From Macrostomum lignano (taxonomy: Eukaryota), in contig NIVC01003320.1 in the NCBI GenBank assembly GCA_002269645.1, positions 1 through 46,303 on the forward strand: 46,303 bases of DNA. The letters are read 5' to 3'. Within the stretch, counting starts at the first letter, position 1. Each line of letters begins with the position of its first letter. The position numbers were made by a program, and so were the translations under genes. Shown piece by piece: positions 1 to 16,619 of this stretch. The notes beneath the pieces were generated by a model. It saw only the letters and a list, made by a program, of their open reading frames with translations, was not told where the DNA came from and searched no databases.

Positions 1-483
1 AAATAAAACTAAAAGAGTAAGCAGAAGGAGTACCGAATTAAACTAACACGTCAAAATGGAGGGAAAAGTAGTGGAGGAGGAGGAGGAGGAGGTGGAGGTG
101 AGGTTAAACCAAAACACAAACAGATGCACATTTTATAAGTAAACGTGACGTAAAGTTTGCCGCTGGACCAGATTAAGGAAAGCATACGAAACGCATCTGG
201 TCCAGCAATGGAGCAGAGTAATGAAAATACATGCAATTAAATGTGGTATGCAAAAAGGCGAATGAAGGGATAGCAAGTTGGCATGGGGTGGAGATTAAAA
301 TATCCCATTGCGGATGGGGTGCGTGACAAAATTTTCGGTAACTTGGCCCTACATGGGAAAACAAAAAATGGCTTGCACTTATCGTAAAAGGAAAAGCACC
401 AAATTTTGAAAGTTAATAAATGTCTATTAAATTGAATGAGTAAATAAAATATTATTAAAACCAAGGGCAGCACACCTGCCACA
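1..483 (-). repeat. 3' LTR of Gypsy #1 (partial)
   Basis: Matches 8748-9231 with roughly 10 substitutions and several 1-2 nt indels. Similarity stops exactly at CCTGCCACA (483). Confidence 0.92.
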
Positions 484-1254
484 AGCACGGGCGGGTCAGG
501 ATTTGCAAGCAAAATTACAGTACTCCTATTGTCAATCACTGACGTCCGCCTTGGCTGGTGGGTGCCCGGCCCGCGAGTCGGAGGGCGAGAGCTGCGGTCC
601 TCGGTCGACGTCACAGCCGGCGTCTCACTCGGCGTCTCGCTTAGGTTCGACTGAGCGGACGAGCTCGCTACTCGGGCCACTCTGCACGGGTTATCAATGA
701 CCGGCGGGATCGCGTTGCAGACATGCTCCACATATCGAGCAACAAGTGTGCAACAGGGTCCCAGCTGTGGGCCAGTGGTCTCAGCTTGCAGCCAGAGACC
801 CGTTAGGGCCACCTCGGCCTCGAGCGCCAGGGTGGTGTCGGCGGCTGAATGCTGGCGGGCCACAATGTCCCAAGTCCGACAATCGTTAACATGTCTCGGC
901 TCCTGGGGATGCAGCAATTCCAGGTAAAGTAGTTCCTGGAGCATTTGGGCCGGCTCCACACTGGCCATTGGGGCTGCTTCCAAGGCTGAGGTGCCCGACG
1001 CCTCCGAGTAGGCCTGGCTGGAGGTGCTTGACCAGGCAGATGGTGCGTGACTTCGGGCCGTACTCTAGCAGCCACAAGAAATCGGTGTCGTCGGCCTCCA
1101 GCGCAGGCGTGGCGTGGACTAGGTCCAGGTACTGCTCGACTCCGACGTCCGGCTTGGGGCGGGCGCAGGAGGTGTGTGGAGCTCGGATGGCCCAGAAATT
1201 ATTGGGATGTCGAACATCCGCCAGTCGGGGTGCCAGCACTCCATGATCGGGCAT
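484..1254 (-). other. Extra ORF3 of Gypsy #1 at the env position, unknown function (two overlapping frames, 886-1254 and 237-983)
   Basis: GC-rich coding-like island between AT-rich flanks, in the same sense as gag/pol. No signal peptide or TM segment. The second frame runs into the 3' LTR. Confidence 0.5.
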
Positions 1255-2312
1255 GGCGACGAGACAAATGAAGTTGAGCCCGGTCGCCGGATTAATGGAT
1301 TAGTCAATTGGTCACAATCGAATGATGTCGGCTGAATATAAGTGGCAAGCCGGATAATTAACAATTAGAAAAAGAATCAGAGCCAGGGTGCGACTTATAT
1401 ACTCAGAATACCGTCACGCAGATGGAAATGAGGGGTCCCTAACTGGGAACAGGCCTCCACCCTGCATGCACTCTATGGCGGGCATGCATGGTGAAGGGTG
1501 GGTGGTTAAATCCAAAAGGCTATAAAACAGGTAAACACGCGGCAGGGTTCCTGATTGAATGAATTGGGGGCACCTAAGCGGCTCACATTAAACGGGTTGG
1601 TGGTTGGGAAAGCTGAACATCGCGTTAAACAGTAAATAGAAAAATAGATAGAAAGAGGGAGCAATTGTGGCTCCTTATAGCTAAGATAATATAGTATAAG
1701 TAAGTTAGTGACCAAAATTGTCAAACTGGTGGGCTCAACAAGGAGTTACAGGAAAACAAGAGCAAACGACTGGCACTGGAGAGGGGAAACAAAAGTCAGC
1801 CCTCACGAAATTTTCCCAGGCTCAAACTAAATTGAACAAAGAAAACAGGGGTCGAGTCACCTCAAAAGGCCTCCACTGAGGACAAGGCCTAGTTGGAAAA
1901 CTGGGGCTCTTGACCTAGGTGGGGCAAATGACAGTTTGGCCCTTAGGCAGTGGGCACACAAATAGAAGAGAGGGACCTTCAGCATGAAACTAACTGCAAA
2001 GTTTGCAAAAATTAGTTGCTTTTCTCCGAAAGGCTTAAGGCAAGAAAATTGGGACACTTCTGCACTTTGATCGCGTGCAAGAAGTTTATAGCAAATGGGG
2101 AGGCGCAAAATTAGATGAGAATGCAATTAAGCAATGATTTTATAGTATCACATTGAATAAAAATTTAACGCATTGATTAAATAAGTTGCATTAGCGCAGG
2201 CTTTACTGCAGCAAAGGGAGAAATATGAAGAGCAGAAGTGCTGATTAATGAACCGCGTTGGATAATAGCAAATTATACACTGTACATGAGCACGAAACTG
2301 ATCAAATACACA

Positions 2313-2567
2313 CTGCTTTTACCTAAAAGCATAAGGAAAATGAGAATTGCTTTTAACCCTGAAGCATAAGGAAAGTACATTGAAATTAAAATTTGATGCC
2401 TGCTTTTACCTAAAAGCATAAGGAAAATGAGAATTGCTTTTAACCCTGAAGCATAAGGAAAGTACATTGAAATTAAAATTTGACGCCTGCTTTTACCTGA
2501 AAGCATAAGGAAAATGAGAATTGCTTTTAACCCTGAAGCATAAGGAAAGTACATTGAAATTAAAATA
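2313..2567. repeat. 87-bp tandem repeat, about 3 copies, in the 3' non-coding region of Gypsy #1
   Basis: Unit starts CTGCTTTT at 2313, 2400 and 2487. Confidence 0.95.
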
Positions 2568-2826
2568 TAAAAAAACCGCTTTCAGCACAGAGCAGGTGCA
2601 GAGAAAGCTTACGGCAAAATTAAAAAATTGGAATGCGTTCGCAAAATCAACTACTAATAGTAACGTGCATCAAAAGTTAGCAACTTGGCGCGACATAAAA
2701 TGCATTGGTAATTACCTTTCAAACTTCAATCTCCGCACCGATATCAGGCAAATCCGGGTCGCCTTTGGGCAGCACTTCCGGATGGTGGGGGCTTGGCTCG
2801 AACAATTGGCTGCTGCGCATGTCAGG

Positions 2827-5800
2827 CTAAGCTGCGGCTGGTTGTTCAGGAGTGGGCTGATTGGCTGGGTCGACTTCGCTGTCGTCGCTCGACTCGTAGG
2901 GCAACATTGGCCGCTTGGTTTGGCGCGGCGGCGCCTGCGGTCGATTTACCATCATTTGCGGCACTTTGATGATGTTGTTGCAGTGCACCAACATCTCAGC
3001 GGGTGTCCTCAAAGGGCTGTCGCTGGCTGGATCCAATAGGCTACTTCGCCGACCTTTCTGTTGACTTTGTACAAGCTCTTGTATGGCCAGTGAAACTTTG
3101 GCAGCTCTCCCAATTTGAGCTTCGGGTTGGCCAGGCAGACCAGGTCTCCAGGCTGCAGTTCCATGGGCTTAGGCCGGTTTTCATAGTACTCTTTGCGGCG
3201 TTAAATCTCAGTCGCAATCGCTGTCGTACAATTCTTTTGATCTCAGCCAGTCTGCGCTGATGCTTTGCGATGTACTCAGGGAGGTCCGGCGATACGTCCA
3301 GGCAGTCTAGGGTGTTATCAATTGGGTACCGATAGGGCACTCCGTAGACGACGTAATGCGGCGAGAAACCCGTCGTACAGTTGACTGCAGATCGCAGGGC
3401 TGTCAAAGTGGCTGGCAACATCTTTTCCCATTGTTGGTGATCTTCCAGGAGACAAGTGAGCACTTTTTTGATGTTTTTATTGTACGATTTAGCTTGTCCG
3501 TTGGCCCAAGGCGAGTATGGCGGCATTGTCGTTTGCTAAATGCCATAGACTTCGCAGAAATGTTGAAACTCGTGCCTGGTGAACTGCTTGCCTTGATCCG
3601 AATGGATCCATGCAGGGATTCTGGTGATCGGGAAGACTTGTTCTTGGAGCAGAGTTATGATCGTCTTGGCCCGCTGATTCTTCATGGCGAAGGCAAATGG
3701 ATACTTCGATGTCGTGTCGACATAGGTGAGGATGTACTTGTTGCCTCGGTCTGTCGGGTCTCCAGTGGGGCCCATGATGTCAATCACGAATTGCCCATAG
3801 ATTTCGCAGACCGGAAATGATTGTACATGCGCTGGGATGCGTCGCCGTCCTTTGCTCTGAGTGCAGGTCTGGCAGGAAGCGACATAGTTGGACATGGCCT
3901 TGGCCAGGGCCAGTCACCAGAACCTCTCGCGCACCTTCGCGATGGTGAGATCTCGGCCCATGTGTCCGCAGTAGGCGAACCATGCAGGTCAGCGAACACC
4001 GTGGCATTGAGACTCTTTGGCAGGATGATCCTCGCTGTGTCCTCTTCAGCGACATTGTTAAGATGGATGACTAAAAGTCCATCGTCTCGGACCTCTAGCA
4101 GTTCGTAAAATGCTAAGAGATTTTGCTCATCTCTTGTCAGATTTAACCGCTGATTCAGCGGCGGCTTCGGTTGTCGACTTTCGATAAGGTTGATCATCAT
4201 CATGCTGGCAGAATCAGCATGCTGGTGAGTCTGGAGCTCCTCACGAGTGATTGGCCTTGGGATGTGATCAGTTAGATTCAAGGCTTGGCGTCGGTTAGTC
4301 AAATTAGACGGCGTGTCTTCGGCTGTGGCATCATGGTTCAGGGTCTGGAGCTCCCTCCGCACGACTGCCACTCTGGCCGGTTGCTGGGTCGTTGAAGGAT
4401 TTGAAGGCCAATCCTCATCAGTCAGTTTGGCGTCGGTGTCGTCAGCATTGGATTCGTCAACAGATGAGAGTGAGTCAGCAGAGCTATCGGCGTCGAGGCT
4501 AAATCTCACCTTTTTGAACACAGGATAGCAAACGGGTTGGCAGCAGTCGTTGCTGGCTGCACTGTGGTCGCTGTCCCCGTCGCCTTCAGCTAGTAGACGG
4601 CGGCTCCTTGATGGGCAACATGTCGTACTGCTAAAACTGGTGGGCGACCTCTGAGAGTCTCGCAGACGGCTGGCTGATGGCCTCGGCTTCGTTGCCGGCG
4701 GGTGCAGCACTGTCAGCGACTTGCTATCGGCTGTCAATGTTGCTGGCGGCGTAGCCTCGCCGTTGGACTCTGTTGGCTCAGGCAGGCTCCGATTCTGGTC
4801 GCAGAAGTATCCGTGTCCAGGACAAATATTACATTCGGATCTTCGCTGAACTGCGGATACGCAAGCACTGATGTCAAAGTCATAGCTGCCTTGAACTAGT
4901 CGAATGCGTCTTGCTGGGCTTTTCCCCATAGACAATTGAAATTTCGGATCTTCTTCTCCTTAATCAGATCGTGAAGCGGAGCAGCAAGTTCTGCGTAGCC
5001 AGGTACAAATTTAGCATAATAAGTGCAAGTGCAGACAAAACTTTTCAGTTGCCAAGCTGTTTTTGGTCTTGGCCAAGTTTGAATAGCTTCGATTTTTGCC
5101 GGGTCAGTCTTGATTCTATCCTTTGTTACAACGTGTCCCAGATAGTTTAAACTGGTCCGAAATAGATGACATTTCTTGCCTTTAAACTTTAAATTAGCAT
5201 CTTGAGTTCACTTAAATACCTCTTCCATATAGAGCAGATGGTTGTTAAATTTCTTAGAATAAACGATTACGTCATCCAGGTAGGCTATTGCGCTTTTGTA
5301 GGTAATCCCATTGAGTATAGCATTCATGAGGCGCATGAAGCTGGCTGGCGCTAAACTTAGCCCCATAGGCATGACCTTGTAGGCAAATTGTCCGCAGTGC
5401 AGCGTAGCAAAGGCAGTCAGATCCTGATCTTCTGGACGCAGCGGAATCTGATAGTAGCCGCTATTGAGGTCGAATGTGCTGAATAGCTGGCTTCGCTCAA
5501 GGCTGGCAAATGCTTCTTGGATGTTAGGAATCGGGTACGGAAAATACTCGCACTTTTGATTCAGACTCTGGAAATCTTGCACAATTCGCAGGCTGCCATC
5601 CTTCTTCGGGATGATCACCAGCAAAGTGTTGTAGCTGGAGAAGCTCGGTCAAATCACGCCTTTGGCCAACAGATCATCGAGTAGCTGGTCCACTTTGGGT
5701 AGCAGATGCGGCGGGATCCGGCGAGTTGGCAGATGCACCGGATTCGTGTCCTTTAGCACAATACTGTGGGTGACCAGGTGGGTTTGGCCGAGATCGTGTG

Positions 5801-6780
5801 GCCCCTGAGAGAAGATGGTCTTGTACTTCTTCAATAGCTCGATGACTTGAGCTTGAGATCTTCCCTGATGTCAATCTCCTTGATCCAAGCATCAGGATCT
5901 TTGTCTTGGATTTGATTGACCAAGTCTTCTGGCTTCAGCAGCGGGAAGAACTGTAACTCAGGCAGTCTGATGGGTCTAGCAATCCCGACTAAGGCATTCG
6001 CTTGTACTTTGATTGATGTTGTTCCCCGATTAATCATCTTGATAGCACCTTCTCCATTGGCCATAGATATCAGGGCAGGCGCGGCGTCCAGGTGCTGCAC
6101 ATCTTCTTCGCGCCGAGCCGGTTTCAACGGCTCGATCATGGCGGGTATACCCTGGTTCTCTTGTCCTTTGGCAAGTTTAATCTTGATTCGGGCTGATGAT
6201 AGCGGCGGCACGGTTGTGCTCTCAGCCGTGTAAATTCTGGACGTTGTCGCTTCTGTTCGTGTGTAACGGAGTGGTGCAGCAGTGCCGTCCTTGAAGAATA
6301 GCATCCCAGCGGCGAGATCCAGTGAGGTGCTGTACTTCTCCAGAAACTCGAAACCCAGGATGTTGTCATGAGATCCTTTCGCTAGCAGAAACTTGACTGT
6401 AGGCTCGAAATTCCCAATCTTCACTTTAATGGTTAATTCTCCTGCCATCTGAATTGGTTCACCATTGTAGGTCACGATGCGCTGTAGGCAGGGCTTGATT
6501 TGGCCACACAGGGTTGGGTCATCAGTACATAGGCGATGCCAGGTGCTGAAGCCTAGGACTTCGCACTTAGAACTGGTGTCAAGTAGAAAAGCAAAATAAT
6601 GACCCTGAATCTCACCAGTTAAAAACGGATCTATTTGAGGTCGCTTGGGTGCAAAGCTCTGTACAGGTGCGGCGGAGGCGGGCTCAGCAGTGGCCTGCTG
6701 AGCGACTAAAGTCTGCGGTGGGGACTTTAGTGCTGGCACGGCTGCTGGATGGTGCTGCCCCGATGGCACGTCCAGCCATC
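2827..6780 (-). pseudogene. pol: pol (protease-RT-truncated RNase H-integrase) of Gypsy #1
   Basis: ORF pieces 5831-7117 (protease), 5649-5834 and 5208-5624 (RT: KKDGSLRIVQDF, YLDD), 3784-4935, 3536-3895 and 3041-3526 (integrase), and 2827-3036 (C-terminus). The catalytic E appears changed to K (NGQAKSYN). Confidence 0.9.
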
Positions 6781-6829
6781 CCGTTTCCCAAGCTGCTGTT
6801 GTGCTGGGACGCAGTGCTGGCCGACCGTC

Positions 6830-8129
6830 AGTGCGGGCATTTGTCAGCGCAATGCTCGCAGTTGCACCTGTAGCACATTGCACTTTGCCGTCGCAACTGA
6901 TAGGGCAGCGGTCTTGAACTTGATTGTTGCTGCTGTTGCTGCTGCTGCAGCTGCTGCTGCAGCTGCTGCTGCAGCTGTTGCTGTCAATGTTGACCTCCTG
7001 CTGGCGGGTTCTCGGTGGCGGGTTGCTGCCGTCTTTTGGTTGCTGAAGTCGCTGGAACTGGTCGTGCGGCACAGTTCTTTTTGCTGGGCGTTGTAAATTG
7101 GGCACTTCCGTCGGCACTGCGGCGAGGTGTCGGATGTACTAGACATCTAGAGCGTTGGTCCTACGAGTCCCGCGACTGGTGTCAAGGTTCCCATGGCTCC
7201 GGGGTGTCGTTGTTGCGCAATCCCCGCGAGTAGAACTCTCGCATCGCATTACTCAAAGTTTCAAGTAGGCGTCGCTGCTCTTGCTGTGTCTCAGCTTGTT
7301 CCATGACTTCTCGCAACCAGTTTTCCTTGGGCCGAGATGACTTGTCGTGTTGCACCACAGTGGGCATCTGATCGTTGTCATCCTCAAGAACCCGGACGTG
7401 TCTCGCTGCTGGCGGCAGTGCTATACGCTGAGCCATGCTAGCTGCTGTCTCCAGGCGTAGCACGGCCCGTCTCGCTGCGGTCAGATTTGGGGATTGCACC
7501 AGGATTAGCTGTTCTCGGGCCAACTGAGCAATCCGCACTCCCACAGTGAACTGATCCACCAGTTCAACCTGCTTCTGAACTGGGGTAAAATGCGGGAACG
7601 CTCAATCGGCCAAAGCAATTAGTTGGTCGCCGTAGTTGTCCACACTCTCGTTCTTGCCTTGCTGGCAGCTTCGAAATTGCTCCCGGTACTCCAGCGTGTC
7701 GGCGACATGCGTAAAACGCTTAGACAATTGTTGTTTGAACTCACCAAACTCCATCCTGACAACTGCAGGGTAGGCTGTGGCGATGTCCAGATTCACGAGG
7801 ACCTCTGCCTTCTTTTGTCTGTCGTCATTGATCCTGTTGAGCTTGCATCGCTCTTTGAGAGCCTTGATCCAGACGTCAAATTTCTGGTTGGGCGTGTACC
7901 ACTGGATCTTGACTGGTTTTGGCGCTGGAGCTCGATCCTGCTGCTGGGGCTGCTGGCACACATAGTGATGGTGTTGCGGCTGGCCCAGGCTAGTCTGCTC
8001 CAGTCTCCGGTGCACCTCGTCGGTCACTGCACAAATCATCTCGTCATAGGTCGGTCTAGTAGTTGAGTTGTCGGGGCCTGCGGCGTCGGCTGTTGCGTCT
8101 GCGGCCGTTGGATCATTAGTTGAAGCCAT
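6830..8129 (-). pseudogene. gag: gag of Gypsy #1
   Basis: Probable ATG at 8129 (MASTNDP). Retrotransposon-gag-like segment (FDVWIKALKERCKLN...FRSCQQGKNESVDNY) is frameshifted into 7182-7559, then a polyQ run and a CYRCNCEHCADKC knuckle at 6837-6875. Confidence 0.8.
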
Positions 8130-8489
8130 AGTGTAGCGTTTGAACGACTCGTTGAAGGGGTTTTGGCATTTCGTAATCCCACTTAGCTGACACCAGTGAG
8201 GTGGGGGTGGAGAAGAATTGACAAAGTTGAAAGTTGGCCGGTTTTCGTGTAAACCCGGTAGCATTGCATTCGCACAAGTAAAGCCGGAAATTTTGCGCAG
8301 ACGAATCACAACGTAATCTTCTCCTTTTACTCCAACAGCCGGGGTCCCCAAGTCCGGGGGAGGGTAGTCATACTCGTAGCAGAGTGGTTGTGTAGCGGCC
8401 CGGTCGTTCAAAGCGATGAAAACACCGGAAATGTAGGCACCGTAGTTAATGTGTCGTTTTGCTGAGCTTATTACTTCCAGTAGGGTAGA

Positions 8490-8499
8490 GCTGCCACCA
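8490..8499 (-). promoter_or_regulatory. Primer-binding site TGGTGGCAGC (tRNA-Leu-like)
   Basis: Starts 1 nt after the LTR-terminal CA. Complementary to a 3' end ...GCTGCCACCA typical of eukaryotic tRNA-Leu; only 10 nt are matched. Confidence 0.7.
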
Positions 8500-8500
8500 C

Positions 8501-9231
8501 TGTAATTTACGTATTACGGAATGGATAAGTCTCGGAGCTTTTCTTTAGCTGAGGAAACTTGGTTATTTTATGCCCCACGGGCAAAAGATTCAAGATAGGC
8601 TACGGCTTAAAGTCACCTATTAATGTATTAATAAATTGAATCGATATTATTTCTTTATTTGTTGGGATTTATTGAGCAGGATGAATAGATTATTATTACT
8701 GACGAGGATGAGCTTCGGTGGCCGCGGTGCGACAATTAATTAAAATGAAATAAAACTAAAAGAGTAAGCAGAAGGAGTACCGAATTAAACTAACACGTCA
8801 AAATGGAGGGAAAAGTAGGTGGAGGAGGAGGAGGAGGAGGTGGAGGTGGAGGTTAAACCAAAACACAAACAGATGCACATTTTATAAGTAAACGTGACGT
8901 AAAGTTTGCCGCTGGACCAGATTAAGGAAAGCATACGAAACCCGTCTGGTCCAGCGATGGCAGAGTAATGAAAATACATGCAATTAAATGTGGTATGCAA
9001 AAAGGGGGAATGAAGGGATAGCAAGTTGGCACGGGGTGGAGATTAAAATATCCCATTGCAAGATGGGGTGCGTGACAAAATTTTCGGTAACTTGGCCCTA
9101 CATGGGAAAACAAAAAAATGGCTTGCACTTATCGTAAAAGGAAAAGCACCAAATTTTGAAAGTTAATAAATGTCTATTAAATTGAATGAGTAAATAAATA
9201 TTATTTAAACCAGGGGCAGCCACCTGCCACA
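8501..9231 (-). repeat. 5' LTR of Gypsy #1 (731 bp)
   Basis: TG...CA termini, adjacent PBS, direct repeat of 1-483. Contains a (GGA/GGT)n tract. Confidence 0.9.
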
Positions 9232-9685
9232 ATTATATTATATCTTTTCTAAGAAATCAAATCTATGTAAGATGCTTAAAACTAGTTTGTTTAGATGCAC
9301 CAAATATTTTGTTTTAATATGGTAAATAGTTTGTTTCAATACATGAAATAAATTTGTACAATAATTTTTGTTATAATTGTATTGGGGAAATGTGGGTATA
9401 AATAGTGTCAAATAAACCAACTGCCCACTGCATTACTATCAGTCTATTCTGTGAGCAATCATTTGCAAGCAGTTCAACCTATACAATCTTAGAGCTTTCA
9501 AGTTAAGAGTTATTCATTTGTCAAAGTTGACGAACAGTTTAAAAAAGTTTGCTTAGAGAGAGAATTGGGAAGAGATCCAGAGAGAAATACTAAGAGTTTT
9601 ACTGTGACCCCTTTATCTTAGTAATGCCTGAATTTGGAAAGTACAGATACTAGTACGATTGCTCAGGCCAAGATTATTAAAATGC

Positions 9686-10278
9686 TAGTGTTCCACTATA
9701 GCTGTAGCTACAGCTATAGGATCCTATGGCAAATATGGTAAAATAGGTGCTTACGGCAGCTACAGATATGCCTACAGTAGCTAGCTGCTCTTATGGCTAT
9801 GACTATAAGAATATGGTAGTTGCTGTCACATTCTATAGATTCCTAGACATAGTTAGGACATAGCCATAGTTATTAATTTTAAAAAATTGAAAAAAATACT
9901 AGAAACAGGTAGAGTAAAACAAATTTACTTTAGTAAACTATATTATCAACTTAGAAACTTATAGAATATACCTAATAAAGTTCAATAAAACACTAGCAAA
10001 CTCTAATTTTTATTATTGTGAAAAAGTTTAGCATTAGTACTTTTAGTAGCAATTAAGTATTGTTGCTCTATAAAAAGAGAAAATATAATCTTACAAAGGC
10101 AATCAAGTGTTTCTTTTATTTTCTAACCTTATTTGCAGTTGTTTAAGCACTAGTTTATCTTCTTGATTTAAAAATTTTGGAGTCCCTGCGGCTACAGAAT
10201 ATGGAGATTTGGAATAACCCGTAGTTTTGCTTATGGCTACAGCTACAGTACATGGACCCTCCTTATGGCAGAACACTA
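9686..10278. mobile_element. Possible MITE-like element
   Basis: 8-bp inverted ends TAGTGTTC/GAACACTA, with clusters of TTATGGC/GCTACAG motifs near both ends. No clean TSD. Confidence 0.3.
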
Positions 10279-11063
10279 AAAATTCTACTAGAACATTACT
10301 AAAAATGCTACTAGAGATGTACTAAAATTATGTGTTACAAGGAAATTTTGAGAAACAATACTTACATATTAATACCCCTGTATCAACTTCAGTAGCTAAT
10401 CAGTAGGATCAATTCAGAGGATAGACCTAACCACTAGCACAAATTTGGTGTTTGCAGCAAAATTCTTCTTCTAGAAGGCAGAAGCTTAACACCTACTACA
10501 ACCTGATAGCATCAATGCGATTCATAAAATTGTTATCAAGAAGAGGAAAAGTGCTATTACAACTTGGTGGCAGCAGTGGGATATTAAAGACAGGGGAAAA
10601 CTTAATAAACAAAGAGATAAAAGAAAAAAATGAATACACCAGTTTTTAAGGCAGATATTTTTTATTTGATATTATAACTCAACATTGAATATCCTTAAGC
10701 TTCTACTAACTAGATGCACATCTTCTAAAGTGATACTTGGCTAAAAATAGGGGTTTTGATTTTATATTCTAAGAGTTATCAGCCAAGTACATTTTTGTTA
10801 TTTTAGACTACAAATGTTTTTATTTTAACTTAAGTAATTATTCAAGTGTTAAATCATTAATAAAGCTACATGCATGTACAATTATATAGTAGTGATGGCT
10901 TCTAAAAAATAATTTGCTTCACTGCCTGCTAACAATTTTCAGTTGAATTATTGAACTCAAAACGCACACACGATTGACAAAATAGTAGATACTTTTTTAA
11001 AGATAGTTGGTTTACTCAAGGTGCTAGCTATTTAAATATAGATTTGTCAGAGATAGCAGCGAC

Positions 11064-15840
<4,777 letters not shown>

Positions 15841-16619
15841 ACTGTGTTTGGTTTCTATCATTTCAGCGAATTTTTATTGATGTGTGTATAAATTGTGTGA
15901 ATATTGTTTCTTTTTGTTTAAACTGGGTTATAATATTGTGTTCGATGGAGAGGCATCAAGTGAGTTGCAGATTCGTGAAAGAGTCGCAATACAGTCGTCA
16001 AAAGTCACTTTCCACTAACTCAGAGTTGCTATATATAAAGGTGAAATGCGCCTCAAATTGACTCTGGTGACTCTTTAGCGAGTAGTACCGTGACATCTCG
16101 TCCTTTTACAGTCGTTTCGATTGGTGTGTACCGCACCTCAAGCTTCACGTCAAATTTCAGCTTGGTTTTTTAAAATTAAATTTGCAGCCAAAGAGACATT
16201 AATAGATTGGTATGAAAAATTTGAATACGATACATAATAAAATTTTATTTACATTTCATGCCACAACGCTGTGTATCATTGTTAAATGTTCACATTATAA
16301 CGGTTATAGAGACCAGTATATATGTATACGCATACATTATTTTTTCGCCTGACTACATATCAATCATTGTACAGTACATCATTATTGGGTTTTGCACTTT
16401 CAGTTTTTTAAATCTGTTTTTGTTTCTTGTAAGGTGTAAATGAAAATTGTTTACTAATTTTTATTCATCTGCAGATTAATCGTGAAAAAAGTCTCAAAGG
16501 ATTTCTAAATGTTTAGTGTATAAATGATGAATATTTTGAAAACTAATCTTAATACCGCTAACGAAAATTATTTAAAAAAAGAACTTGTAGTAGTGAAGTT
16601 TTCACTTTCTATATATCTT

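Larger units (their letters stand above)
1..9231 (-). mobile_element. Ty3/Gypsy LTR retrotransposon #1, degenerate (3' LTR cut by window start)
   Basis: Direct repeats at 1-483 and 8748-9231. On the minus strand the 5' LTR runs TGTGGC...TTACA and is followed by a PBS. Domain order is gag, protease (LLDTSS), RT (AYLDD), RNase H start (FVLDTDTS), integrase (HHCC; IDIMG, HSDQG), which is the Gypsy order. Multiple frameshifts and stops. Confidence 0.95.

Noticed and set aside
2521-3039. Plus-strand ORFs overlapping Gypsy pol and gag (also 3356-3820, 7623-8066, 32760-33263)
   Set aside because: Antisense shadows of GC-rich retroelement coding sequence with no recognisable motifs.
8698-8750. CTGACGA...GAAA resembling a hammerhead ribozyme core; similar checks at 2313-2567 and 26560-26600
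   Set aside because: The required stems I-III and GUH cleavage triplet could not be formed.
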